Of a stretch of DNA of 64,000 nt, positions 9,287-18,404 are shown piece after piece. The DNA is taken from the NCBI GenBank assembly GCA_963518785.1, contig CAUQKJ010000006.1, forward strand, positions 54,410 to 118,409. Direction: 5' to 3'. This DNA comes from an uncultured Campylobacter sp. (GTDB lineage Bacteria; Campylobacterota; Campylobacteria; Campylobacterales; Campylobacteraceae). The notes beneath the pieces are model-generated. The model did no database searches and was not told the origin of the DNA. It saw nothing but the letters and a program-made list of their open reading frames with translations. Both the position numbers and the translations under genes were made by a program. Position 1 is the stretch's first letter, and each line of letters begins with the position of its first letter.

Positions 9287-10723
9287 TTAACGAAAAGAGA
9301 TCGTAAATATTGCGCCTTCGTCGGAATTCGCAGCGCTTATGCTCCCTCCGTTTTTTTCGATTATCATCTTGCTCATATATAGCCCGAGCCCACTGCCCTG
9401 CTGTTTTGTCGTAAAGTGCGGCTCAAAAATTTTATCTAGCTGCGCTTCATCGATGCGGCTTGCGTTATTTTCGATCGTGATTACTCGCTCGTCCTGTTTT
9501 AAAAATGAACGAATTTTAATCTCGCGCCGTTTAAGCGGCACGTCCAAAAATGCCTCCTTTGCGTTGTTTATGATGTTTATTAGCACCTGGATGAGCTCGT
9601 TTACGTTGCCATAAAGCGTGAAATTTTCTTCTATCCGCACGCTTATGTCGATGACGTGCTTTTTAAGCGAGGCGTTTAAAATTTTACGCGCCTGCTCGAT
9701 CGCCTCGCTGGCGCTAAATTCTTTCTTTGGCATATTCGGATTGAAGAAATTTTTAAAATCCTCGATCGTATCGCTCATAAATTTTACCTGCTCGCCCGCG
9801 TCTTTTATGCCGCCTTCGAGCCTCTCTTTTGAGAGCTTGCCCCGCTCGCTATAAAGCTCTAAATTTATAAGCGTAGAGCTGATCTGCGATAGCGGCTGGC
9901 GCCACTGGTGCGAGATATTGCCGATCATCTCGCCCATGAGCGCTAGGCGGCTTTGATTTATCAGTAAAAGCTGCGTTTGCATCTTTAAAGTCGCGTTTTT
10001 TTTGTGAATTTTATAGATACAAAATATACAGATCAAAAACACCACAAGTAAGCTTAGGCCGCTAACGACAAACTCTTTGGTGTGATAAAGCAAAATACTT
10101 TTTATCGGAATTTTAAAGCTTATCATCGCGATCGTATCACCTAGGCCGCCTTTGAAATTTCCCACATCGCCGTAGAGCTCTTGCATCTTTTTAGGCGCTG
10201 CGTTGATGCTGTGGCACTCGGTGCACGAAGGCTGAGAGTTTGTTATCGGCAGGCTCAAAAGATACGAGGCGACACCTTTATCGTAGACGATTCTGGAATA
10301 TTCTTTATATTTGCTTTCTTTAAAGCCCTCTAAAATTTCATTCTCAAACTCGCTTCCAGCGTGCTCGGGATTGAGCGGATCGGTAGCGACGAGCTTGTAG
10401 TCGTAGTTGATGTTTTCTTTGGCGAGCTGAATTTTATAAATTTCGCGCGTTATGTAGGTCGAGGACATCAGCCTCGGATCGAAAAAGTCCTCGCTTAGAA
10501 GCTTTTTTTCTTTAAGCTCGTTTATTAACGGGCGCTGCACGGTCGAGACGTAATCGCGCACCGCATTCATCGTATCTAGGATATAAAACGCCTCGCGCCT
10601 CGTGTCTTTTAGCGCAAGCTCGCGGTAGAAGTTAAAAACCAAAGCCGTAATTACGATATATAGCAGCACGAAAAGCGCTACGATAAATTTAAATTTATAC
10701 TTCAAAGAGATACCCCACCGCAT
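9287..10723 (-). CDS. mccS: Sensor histidine kinase with a periplasmic c-type-heme-motif sensor domain (DUF3365/Tll0287-like)
   Basis: Two TM segments flank a periplasmic domain containing CTECH (nt 10211-10225). H-box GNISHQWRQPLSQI. C-terminal HATPase motifs (NNAKEAF, GSGLGLY). Confidence 0.75.
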   Translation of the reverse strand: MRWGISLKYKFKFIVALFVLLYIVITALVFNFYRELALKDTRREAFYILDTMNAVRDYVSTVQRPLINELKEKKLLSEDFFDPRLMSSTYITREIYKIQLAKENINYDYKLVATDPLNPEHAGSEFENEILEGFKESKYKEYSRIVYDKGVASYLLSLPITNSQPSCTECHSINAAPKKMQELYGDVGNFKGGLGDTIAMISFKIPIKSILLYHTKEFVVSGLSLLVVFLICIFCIYKIHKKNATLKMQTQLLLINQSRLALMGEMIGNISHQWRQPLSQISSTLINLELYSERGKLSKERLEGGIKDAGEQVKFMSDTIEDFKNFFNPNMPKKEFSASEAIEQARKILNASLKKHVIDISVRIEENFTLYGNVNELIQVLINIINNAKEAFLDVPLKRREIKIRSFLKQDERVITIENNASRIDEAQLDKIFEPHFTTKQQGSGLGLYMSKMIIEKNGGSISAANSDEGAIFTISFR

Positions 10724-11336
10724 ATAAATTTTTGATCACGTCCTTGCCGATCTTGCGGCGCAGCTCTTTGACGATCGCCTTGATCGCCTCCTTGCTGGGC
10801 TGCTCGAACTCCCACATATAATCAAATAGCTGCTCGTAGGTTATGGTTTGATTTTTGCGCGCTAAGAAGTACTCCAAAAGCTTGCTCTCGCTTTTGGAAA
10901 GATGACAGGCACTGTCTTTGACGTAGATGATCTTTTTGGCAAAATCATACTTCAGCTCACTGCTTATGCTAAATATCGGCGCGTGATTTATCAGCTCCGC
11001 TGCGACGTCTTGCAGCGCCTTTATAAAGGCGTTTTTGTCGTACGGCTTAGGCAGATACCTGGTGATCTTAAGCTCCACCGCCCGCCACAGATACTCTTGC
11101 TCGGTGTGGCTCGAAAGTATCACGATCGGCACGCTGATGCCGGCAGCTCGGATCTTTTTAACGACCTCTAGCCCATCCATATGCGGCACGCCGATATCAA
11201 AAACCAGCGCGTCGTACGAACCGCTCATCGCCTCATCAAGCGCCTCCAGCCCGTCCTTAACCCCCACTACTTCGCCGAAAAACAGCTGCAGCGATTCGGT
11301 TATATTTTTAAAATCCCGGGCTCGTCCTCTAGGCAA
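10695..11336 (-). CDS. mccR: Response regulator (receiver plus winged-helix-like output). The true 5' end (ATG 11383) is in another frame, an apparent 1-nt frameshift.
   Basis: Receiver core YDALVFDIGVPHMDGLEVVKKIR and KPYD. The track ORF starts at TTG and lacks the acidic pocket. MQDYELLDVLSNKRVLCLEDEPGILK is encoded from ATG 11383 (RBS GGAGG) in the adjacent frame. Confidence 0.7.
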   Translation of the reverse strand: MPRGRARDFKNITESLQLFFGEVVGVKDGLEALDEAMSGSYDALVFDIGVPHMDGLEVVKKIRAAGISVPIVILSSHTEQEYLWRAVELKITRYLPKPYDKNAFIKALQDVAAELINHAPIFSISSELKYDFAKKIIYVKDSACHLSKSESKLLEYFLARKNQTITYEQLFDYMWEFEQPSKEAIKAIVKELRRKIGKDVIKNLYAVGYLFEV

Positions 11337-11776
11337 AGAACCCTTTTATTGGACAAAACGTCCAATAATTCGTAATCTTGCATACTCTATCCGCCTCCAA
11401 GTTTAGCGCATTTCATTCTTAATCATCTCTTAAAATATAACTAGACTTAGATTATATAAATTTAGCATTAAACTAACGTTAAAAAATATACCAAAGCGGT
11501 TTGCACGCCAATTTAGACCTCAAACCGCATATGTGCGAGCTTTACGTCTGTATAAGTCGAATAAAAATATCACAAGAACATAAAAAGGCGGGGTGATAAG
11601 CTTGATATTAAATTTTACCGCCTCGCAGGCGACAGATGAAAGACGGTAAAATTTTATTTGAGAGGTGCTTGCATATGCATTTCACAGACAAAGGCAATCA
11701 AATCATAAAGATCTATCAGCTCCGCAGCTCGGCGGAATAGAATTTAAAATTTAGCCCAAGCCGGGCAAGCTAAAAG

Positions 11777-12382
11777 TTAATGCGAATGCTCCATCTTTGA
11801 GTGATCCATGCCGCCGTGATCCATGTTCTCCATCGAGCCATGATTCATACGCGAATGATCCATCCCCTCCATTGAGCCCATATCGTGGCTCATCCCGCTC
11901 ATCGAGCCATGATCCATCATAGAATGATCCATGCCGCTCATACCTGGATCGGTCATTCCAAAAATCATCGCGACGTGTCCTAGCACCAAAAATACAATCA
12001 GCGCCAAGAAATGAAATTTAAGCCTAGCTCTAAATTCCGCTCCTTTTGCGATAACTCCGAGCTCCAAAAGTAGCAGCACCAGCGCAGGCAGCGCCGCCGC
12101 TACGTATGCCGCCAAAGCTAAGGCGTCCGCAGCGCCACGTAAATGAATGACGGGCAAAATTTTAACCGCTACGTAAATGATTAATATCGTAAAATAAGCG
12201 CCGAGAATGATGCTAAGGCATCTATTGATTTTTAGCGCCAAAGAGCCCTCCTTCGCGCGGTACAAGCTAAAAAATTCGCTCGCTACTATCGCTTCTGCTA
12301 AGCCCATCGGCACCGCCATAAATAAAATCAAATTCCACGGCTGATTTGCCATCAAAAGTTCCATGTAATTCGTCATTGCCAT
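11777..12382 (-). CDS. Small multi-pass membrane protein with a Met/His-rich (copper-site-like) C-terminal tail
   Basis: About 4-5 TM helices. The last ~59 residues repeat G/S-M-D/E/S-H: MSGMDHSMMDHGSMSGMSHDMGSMEGMDHSRMNHGSMENMDHGGMDHSKMEHSH. Confidence 0.6.
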   Translation of the reverse strand: MAMTNYMELLMANQPWNLILFMAVPMGLAEAIVASEFFSLYRAKEGSLALKINRCLSIILGAYFTILIIYVAVKILPVIHLRGAADALALAAYVAAALPALVLLLLELGVIAKGAEFRARLKFHFLALIVFLVLGHVAMIFGMTDPGMSGMDHSMMDHGSMSGMSHDMGSMEGMDHSRMNHGSMENMDHGGMDHSKMEHSH

Positions 12383-12694
12383 GTTTTCTCCTTATTTTAG
12401 TTTAAAGGGCGCAATTATAGCGGCTTTCGGTAAAAAATTTTAAAACGATAGACAGGATTAGGCAAATCTTTAATCTTATATCTTTCCGCAAAACGATTTG
12501 GGCTGCGTCTTAAAGCTCGCCCGCAAATATTAAATTTATCTCGCTTTACACGCCGCCTCTTCGTATCTAACGCGAAATTTAGAAAATTTATATTTGCAGA
12601 TGCAGCTGCATTAAATTTAGCCAAAACGCTTTAAATTCCGTAAAATTTCAGTTTTGTAAAGATAAAATTACGAAATTTTTTAAAAGGATTTAAA

Positions 12695-12913
12695 ATGAAA
12701 AACGCCCTCTTGTTTACCTGCGCAGCGCTGTTTGTATGCGCTTGCTCCGCTCCAGAGCAGCCAAAGCCAGGCGTTTCGCATTGCAGCGAGCCCAAAATGG
12801 ACGAGGCGTCGCATCAAATGATTCAAATTTGCGGCGAAAACGAGGATCCGCAAATCGAAAATATGCAGTGCAACGAAAACGGACTTTGCTTCGGCACCGC
12901 AAAAATCAGGTAG
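12695..12913 (+). CDS. Small Cys-rich putative lipoprotein
   Basis: RBS AAGGA before the ATG. Signal with lipobox-like LFVCAC. Several further Cys residues in the short mature part. Confidence 0.45.
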   Translation: MKNALLFTCAALFVCACSAPEQPKPGVSHCSEPKMDEASHQMIQICGENEDPQIENMQCNENGLCFGTAKIR

Positions 12914-13105
12914 CCGAAGCTCCCGCAGACGCTAGCGCTAAATTTAACTATTTTAGAACCGAAAGTGAACGCCCGCGTAGCGGTCTAAGCCGCACTTTAA
13001 AATTTAGCCCGCAATTTAAATTTAGCTCCGCTTCACGCGCGCCGATGAATTTTATATATACTTAATTTTTAACTGCGTCCGCCGATTGATCGAGCTGCTC
13101 TTGGC

Positions 13106-13131
13106 GCGATGAAATTTTAAAATTTCATCGC
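13106..13131. repeat. Perfect 26-nt palindrome GCGATGAAATTTTAAAATTTCATCGC, the best copy of the dispersed AAATTTTAAAATTT motif
   Basis: Read directly. It is its own reverse complement and lies in ORF-free DNA. Confidence 0.9.
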
Positions 13132-14104
13132 CAAACATGGCGCGGAATTAGGACTTAAAAGTAAGCGCGGCTCAAATTTCATAAGTTTAAAATTTTAAAG
13201 CGACATGCAATTTAAAATTTCAGGTCTCTAAAATGCTAGCCGGTGCGAAATTTTGCGCAAGCTCAAAATCCGCGCTAGGAGATTTCGTACCGCTGCAAAA
13301 TTTCTAGATCGCAACTCCGCTCGGTAGAATTTTTGGCGGTGCAGATGGAGGCGCAAAATCTGCGCCGTATAATCCCACGCGGATCACACCCGCCCAAATT
13401 CCTATGCCGCACGCCGAGACTCATAATCTAATCTCGCTACAAGATCGCTTATGAAATGCGCAACATACTTAGTCGCATAGCGCAGCGCAGCCTTGCTCAC
13501 TGCGTGGTCGAGGTTCATAGTTGTAGTGCTAAAAGCGTAAAATTCTTTGCCGTGCAATCGAAGTTCTCGGCGCAAAAGACGCGGTATCCTCTACCGACGG
13601 TGCTAGTTTATAGTCTAACTCGCGCTTTAGAATTTCCTCTCAAACTCATTACTTAAAATTTCGTACGGATCGCACTGAGCGAAATCTCGTCACTGCGCGA
13701 CGTAATCTTAAAATTTCAGCGGTGAGCTCATAGCGATATTAAATTATGCTTCATTATTACGACTTAAATTCTATCACAAGCCTGCAGATTTAAAATTTTA
13801 CTTCAAACGACGCCGTGAAATTTCTACCCTCCTAGATACATATCTCGCGGTGCCTGCGCCGCTCGCACTTAGCGGCGACGCTATATCTTTGCCGATAACA
13901 ACCCTCGCACAGGGCGCCTGCCACAGCCCATAGAAAATAAAGTGCGCCGCCTGCTCGATCGCCGCCTCTAAAAAATTTTAAGCGACCGCAAAATTTTAAA
14001 ATTTAAAAGCAGCCTTCGATTAAGCCGATTTTTATAAATTTGGATTTGCTTTGTAGCAGCGCAATCTGGTGAGCAAGGCGCAACTATAAGTTACGCAGCT
14101 AGCT

Positions 14105-14521
14105 TTACGTCAGCTGCTTAAACATTTCGATCTGTTCCTTCGTAAGCTCGATCAAATCATCGTTTGCGTATTTAAGCGATGTCTCCAGGCTTGCGATGAG
14201 CTCCTTACGGACGAAGCTCACGCTAAAAAGCGTCGCCCAAAATCGCGCTCCGCTGCCCGTGCTCGGATCTTCCAAGACCGCTCTAATCGCAGCTACCGCA
14301 GCAGCATCGTCCGCCGCACCTAGCACCTCGTCCACGAGTGGATATTCACCTGCGCCGTCGCCTTCATTTAGCGAGCGCAAAAGCGGCTCAAGCGCTTCAT
14401 CACATGGATTGTCACGCAAAAACTCCCGTACCGCGCGAAACTCTGCCACAAGCTGATCCGAAAGCTGCGCAGGCATCGGCTGATGAAGTCTCAAAAAGTC
14501 TAATGCCGTTTGCTTGTCCAT
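14105..14521 (-). CDS. Hypothetical acidic, helical cytoplasmic protein
   Basis: 138-aa ORF with protein-like composition and its own upstream AT-rich region. No family recognised. Confidence 0.5.
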   Translation of the reverse strand: MDKQTALDFLRLHQPMPAQLSDQLVAEFRAVREFLRDNPCDEALEPLLRSLNEGDGAGEYPLVDEVLGAADDAAAVAAIRAVLEDPSTGSGARFWATLFSVSFVRKELIASLETSLKYANDDLIELTKEQIEMFKQLT

Positions 14522-14721
14522 AAAATTCCTTTTAAATGATATGCGCGATTGTAGCTAATTTTGGATTGCAAAGAGATAAATTTACTCTAATTTATCAGCT
14601 ACTTCCGTCATAAATTCTCAATAATCTTAAATAATTAGATAGTGATTTTGTAGTGGATTTTAGGGGCGATTTTCGATGGGTTTTGCGCGGATTACAAAAT
14701 AAAATTCCAAAATTTTATCCA

Positions 14722-14752
14722 AACAAAAAAGCCCCTGCGAAGCGCAGGGGCT
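14722..14752 (-). terminator. Rho-independent terminator downstream of the HAO-family gene
   Basis: The minus strand reads AAGCCCCTGCG-CTT-CGCAGGGGCTT followed by TTTTTGTTT. Confidence 0.8.
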
Positions 14753-14801
14753 TACAAGCTTGATCTGTTTAGTCCGGCAGAATTTAGCAGACTAAGAGGG
14801 A

Positions 14802-16202
14802 TTATTCCTCGATCTTGCCGGTTTTGATGCGGCGCTCGTAGATTTCGCGCATCTCTCTGATGTCATTTTTGACCTCGAATACGCCGTGCCAATGCGAATA
14901 ATCAGGTCCGCCCATTAGCGCGCCTTGGCGCATTCTGCGACCCTCGTGGTGCCATGAAACATAATAGATTCGCTGGAACGCATCCGCCCAAGGATCGTCT
15001 TTTAGGAGTTTCTTTTCCTTAAGCTCTTTTAGCATCTTAGTCGCTTCGTCGTTGTAAACGTTATATAGAAGTACCTGCTTATCGCCCATCTCAAAGAAAT
15101 TATTCGTGTGGGTACTTGCGTGGCACTCTTTGCAGACTTGCTTCATCTCGGCACGCGCTGCCTCAGGACCGTTTAGGTTACCCGCCAAAGGATTACCAAT
15201 GTTTAACTTGCCGGTATTTAAAAACTCGCTTACCGCGGTCTCATTACCGCCGGTGCGTAGATTGCTCTTAGGCAGCCACAAATTCCACTTCAAGCGTTGA
15301 GATACGTTGTGAGTGGAGTTTAGATCGCCCACACCGCCGCTAATATGGCAGGTCGCGCATGTAGGAGCGCGGTAGTCAGGAACTGCCCAAGTACCAGGAG
15401 CGCTGTCAAATTTCCACTCATTGCCTTCAGCGTTAAATACGTGCCCATGCATCGAGTTATTGTAAATTTCGATATCCGGATGATCAGGTCCTAAGTGGCA
15501 AGATGCGCAAGCAGCAGGCTTACGAGCTTCGGCGATCGAAAATTTATGACCCGAGTGGCATGATTTGCATCCGCCTACGCTACCGTCCGGATAAACCGTA
15601 CCGATGCCGTAAACGGGCCAGGTCTCTTTGGTAGGCTTGTTATGCTCATCCATTTTAACGACGCTACCGTGGCATTGAGAGCAGCCGGTAATATCAGGCG
15701 CGTGTGTAAGATCAGGGATATCACGTCCTTCATAGTGATACATTAGATCAACCATTCCTTTGTTGGCTTGCATCTGCATAGCACCTCTTGCGTGACCGCT
15801 GTTTTCAAACTCTTTAACCTCGTTGCTGTGGCATTTGGCACAGGTTTTTGGGCTAACTAGCACCGAAATATGATTGTCTGTGTCTTTCGGATGCGGCTCT
15901 TTAGCTGCCATAGGGCTATCTGCTGGCTGCGAGTGGCAGTCGGTACAGCTAACGCCTACGTGAGCGTGGCGGCTCATCTTCCAATCCGCAACGACGCCCG
16001 GAGTTTTTTCGGCATGGCACTCTACGCAGCGTCTAGCTAGCGGCGTAAGCTGCCTATTTACCTTTAAATTCTTCGTAAGACTAACGTTTACAGAATTGCT
16101 TACGTTCGCGTCCGACGCGGACATATTCGCATGCTGCGCGGGCATTTCTGCGAATGCAAACGATGCGATACAGGCTATTACAATAGCGACTTTTTTTAGC
16201 AT
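14802..16202 (-). CDS. hao: Octaheme cytochrome c of the hydroxylamine-oxidoreductase family (epsilon-type Hao)
   Basis: Signal peptide. Eight CxxCH motifs (CVECH, CTDCH, CAKCH, CSQCH, CKSCH, CASCH, CATCH, CKECH). HAO-like C-terminus WHHEGRRMRQGALMGGPDYSHWHG. About 466 aa. Confidence 0.75.
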   Translation of the reverse strand: MLKKVAIVIACIASFAFAEMPAQHANMSASDANVSNSVNVSLTKNLKVNRQLTPLARRCVECHAEKTPGVVADWKMSRHAHVGVSCTDCHSQPADSPMAAKEPHPKDTDNHISVLVSPKTCAKCHSNEVKEFENSGHARGAMQMQANKGMVDLMYHYEGRDIPDLTHAPDITGCSQCHGSVVKMDEHNKPTKETWPVYGIGTVYPDGSVGGCKSCHSGHKFSIAEARKPAACASCHLGPDHPDIEIYNNSMHGHVFNAEGNEWKFDSAPGTWAVPDYRAPTCATCHISGGVGDLNSTHNVSQRLKWNLWLPKSNLRTGGNETAVSEFLNTGKLNIGNPLAGNLNGPEAARAEMKQVCKECHASTHTNNFFEMGDKQVLLYNVYNDEATKMLKELKEKKLLKDDPWADAFQRIYYVSWHHEGRRMRQGALMGGPDYSHWHGVFEVKNDIREMREIYERRIKTGKIEE

Positions 16203-16212
16203 TGCTTCTCCT

Positions 16213-16770
16213 TTACTTGGTTTTGTTATTTTCTCGGTTGTATTTATCCCAATATTTGGTAATCTCTATACCCATATTTTTGTGGCCGACGTTTTCGTGG
16301 CACTGCACGCAGGTTTTGCCGGTAGTGCCCGCGAAATAATCCCTATGCGCGAGCCAGGCTTTATTTACTTGATTATTCTGCTCTTTTAAATTTCGGTGGC
16401 AGCTCAGGCAGCCGCTTTCATAAACGAAATGATTTCGCTCCTTGCGTTTTTCTTGCCAATCGATCTTATCTGCGTCGGTAAAGACCGTCTTGTAGACATC
16501 ATTTGCGGAGGTTAGAGCTTTAGTCCAAAGATACATAAAGGTATTTTCATGAGAAACGTGACAGGCGACGCAATCGGCCTTGAAGCCTTGCGGGTTATTG
16601 CCGCCGTGAACATCGTTGTGAAATGCGTTTGCCATCGGTTGCATCGTATGACAGGATACGCAGAATTTATCGGTGCCCGTAAGGTGAACCATCTCCGCAA
16701 TCCCAAGAGAAAGTATCATTCCTATAAGCACACAAGCGCCCACGAGCAGCACAAGAGTTTTCTTTTTCAT
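16213..16770 (-). CDS. NapC/NirT/NrfH-family membrane-anchored tetraheme cytochrome c
   Basis: N-terminal TM helix. Four CxxCH motifs (CVSCH, CVACH, CLSCH, CVQCH). 185 aa, 10 nt upstream of the hao gene. Confidence 0.85.
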   Translation of the reverse strand: MKKKTLVLLVGACVLIGMILSLGIAEMVHLTGTDKFCVSCHTMQPMANAFHNDVHGGNNPQGFKADCVACHVSHENTFMYLWTKALTSANDVYKTVFTDADKIDWQEKRKERNHFVYESGCLSCHRNLKEQNNQVNKAWLAHRDYFAGTTGKTCVQCHENVGHKNMGIEITKYWDKYNRENNKTK

Positions 16771-16907
16771 AGGTTTCCTTGATTTTAAAATTTCTTCGCA
16801 AAATTTTTAGTATTTGATAATTCGGAAAGCGGTATTTTATTATAAAAAGATTAAAAGCCGCTTATTTTCTAGCCTTTTGTTAAAATTTATTAAATGAAGA
16901 TAAAATT

Positions 16908-16929
16908 TTAAACTAAGTTTTTAGTTTAA
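16908..16929. promoter_or_regulatory. 9-4-9 palindrome TTAAACTAA-GTTT-TTAGTTTAA in a divergent promoter region (candidate Crp/Fnr-like operator)
   Basis: Perfect inverted repeat read directly. It sits about 40 nt upstream of the fumarate hydratase ATG and about 140 nt upstream of the napC-like ATG. Confidence 0.4.
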
Positions 16930-16969
16930 CGGAATATAATCCATTAAAATTTCAATACAAGGAGAGATC

Positions 16970-17815
16970 ATGAAAACGATCCAAGCGGCTGAGATTACAA
17001 AAGTGGTCAGCGAGCTTTGTAAAAAAGCCTGTTATAAAGTCACGCCAGATATGCGCGCAGCATTTGAAAAAGCGCGCGAGAACGAGACTTCGCCTATCGG
17101 CAAAGATATCTTAGGCAAGCTCTTGCAAAATGCCGATTTGGCGGCAAAAGAGGTCGCGCCGATCTGCCAAGATACCGGTATGACGGTGGTTTTTGTCGAA
17201 CTCGGTCAGGATGTGCATATCGAGGGTGGATATCTGGAGGATGCTATCAACGCAGGCGTTGCGGACGGCTACGTAGGCGGTTACCTGCGCAAATCCGTGG
17301 TCGCAGAGCCGCTTTTTGAGCGCAAAAACACCACAAACAATACTCCCGCGGTCATCAATACCCGCATCATCCCCGGCGACAAGCTTAAGATCAAAGTGGC
17401 CCCAAAGGGCTTTGGCAGCGAAAACAAATCGGTGCTAAAAATGCTCGTTCCCGCAGACGGCATCGAGGGGGTAAAAAAAGTATTTTTAGAGGCGGTCAAA
17501 TACGCTGGTCCTAACGCTTGCCCTCCTATGGTTGTAGGCGTCGGTATCGGTGGCACGATGGATAAGGCGGCGCTTTTGGCCAAGCAAGCCGCGGTTCGCT
17601 CGATCGACAGCAGAAATCCCGACGAGCGCTACGCCAAGCTAGAGGATGAGCTACTGGAGATGGCGCGCGCTACGGGCGTCGGTCCGCAGGGTTTGGGCGG
17701 CATAAATACCGCCGTTAAGGTAAATGTAGAGTGGTATCCGACCCACATAGCGGGGCTTCCGGTCGCCGTTAATATCAACTGCCACGCGGCTCGCCATGCC
17801 GATGCTGAACTATAA
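16970..17815 (+). CDS. Fe-S hydro-lyase, class I fumarate hydratase / tartrate dehydratase alpha subunit
   Basis: 281 aa. CQDTGM motif and the GVGIGGT..D segment typical of the FumA/TtdA N-terminal domain. RBS AAGGAGAG. Confidence 0.85.
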   Translation: MKTIQAAEITKVVSELCKKACYKVTPDMRAAFEKARENETSPIGKDILGKLLQNADLAAKEVAPICQDTGMTVVFVELGQDVHIEGGYLEDAINAGVADGYVGGYLRKSVVAEPLFERKNTTNNTPAVINTRIIPGDKLKIKVAPKGFGSENKSVLKMLVPADGIEGVKKVFLEAVKYAGPNACPPMVVGVGIGGTMDKAALLAKQAAVRSIDSRNPDERYAKLEDELLEMARATGVGPQGLGGINTAVKVNVEWYPTHIAGLPVAVNINCHAARHADAEL

Positions 17816-17825
17816 GGAGGAAATC

Positions 17826-18386
17826 ATGTCAGAAGTTAAAAGAATTACCGCACCTTTCGATAAAAGCGTAGTAAAAAGCCTAAAGGCGGGCGATAACGTC
17901 CTAATTAGCGGCACCATCATCGCAGCTCGCGATGCCGCGCACAAGGCTCTAACCGAAACCCTCGCTCGCGGCGAGAAGCTACCCGTAAACTTAGCCGGCG
18001 AGACGATATATTACCTGGGACCAACCCCCGCCAAACCCGGTCAGGCAATCGGCGCCGCAGGACCTACGACTAGCGGACGCATGGATAAATACACTCCGAC
18101 GATGATAAACGAAGTAGGCATCAACGGCATGATCGGCAAGGGCTACCGCAGCGACGCCGTCGTAGAGGCGATGAAAAAATCGGGCTGCGTCTATATGGTC
18201 GCTATCGGCGGCGCGGGCGCGCTGATTAGCCAAAGCATCAAAAAATACGAAGTGCTAGCCTATCCAGAGCTAGGACCTGAGGCGGTCGCGAGACTTACGG
18301 TCGAGGACTTCCCTGCTATCGTAGCGATCGATAGCGAGGGTAACAACTTCTACGAAGTCGGACAGGCGCCTTATAGAAAAATTTAA
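17826..18386 (+). CDS. Fe-S hydro-lyase, class I fumarate hydratase / tartrate dehydratase beta subunit
   Basis: Start reset to the ATG at 17826 after AAGGAGG. Motifs GTIIAARDAAHK, GPTTSGRMD and GKG typical of the beta (C-terminal) domain. Confidence 0.85.
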   Translation: MSEVKRITAPFDKSVVKSLKAGDNVLISGTIIAARDAAHKALTETLARGEKLPVNLAGETIYYLGPTPAKPGQAIGAAGPTTSGRMDKYTPTMINEVGINGMIGKGYRSDAVVEAMKKSGCVYMVAIGGAGALISQSIKKYEVLAYPELGPEAVARLTVEDFPAIVAIDSEGNNFYEVGQAPYRKI

Positions 18387-18404
18387 ATTTTGCTAGCGGC
18401 GTCC

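Noticed and set aside
12415-13065. ORFs 12415-12624 (-), 12714-12902 (-) and 12736-13065 (+)
   Set aside because: Arg/Lys-rich junk frames. They overlap the small lipoprotein gene or promoter DNA, with no RBS or motif.
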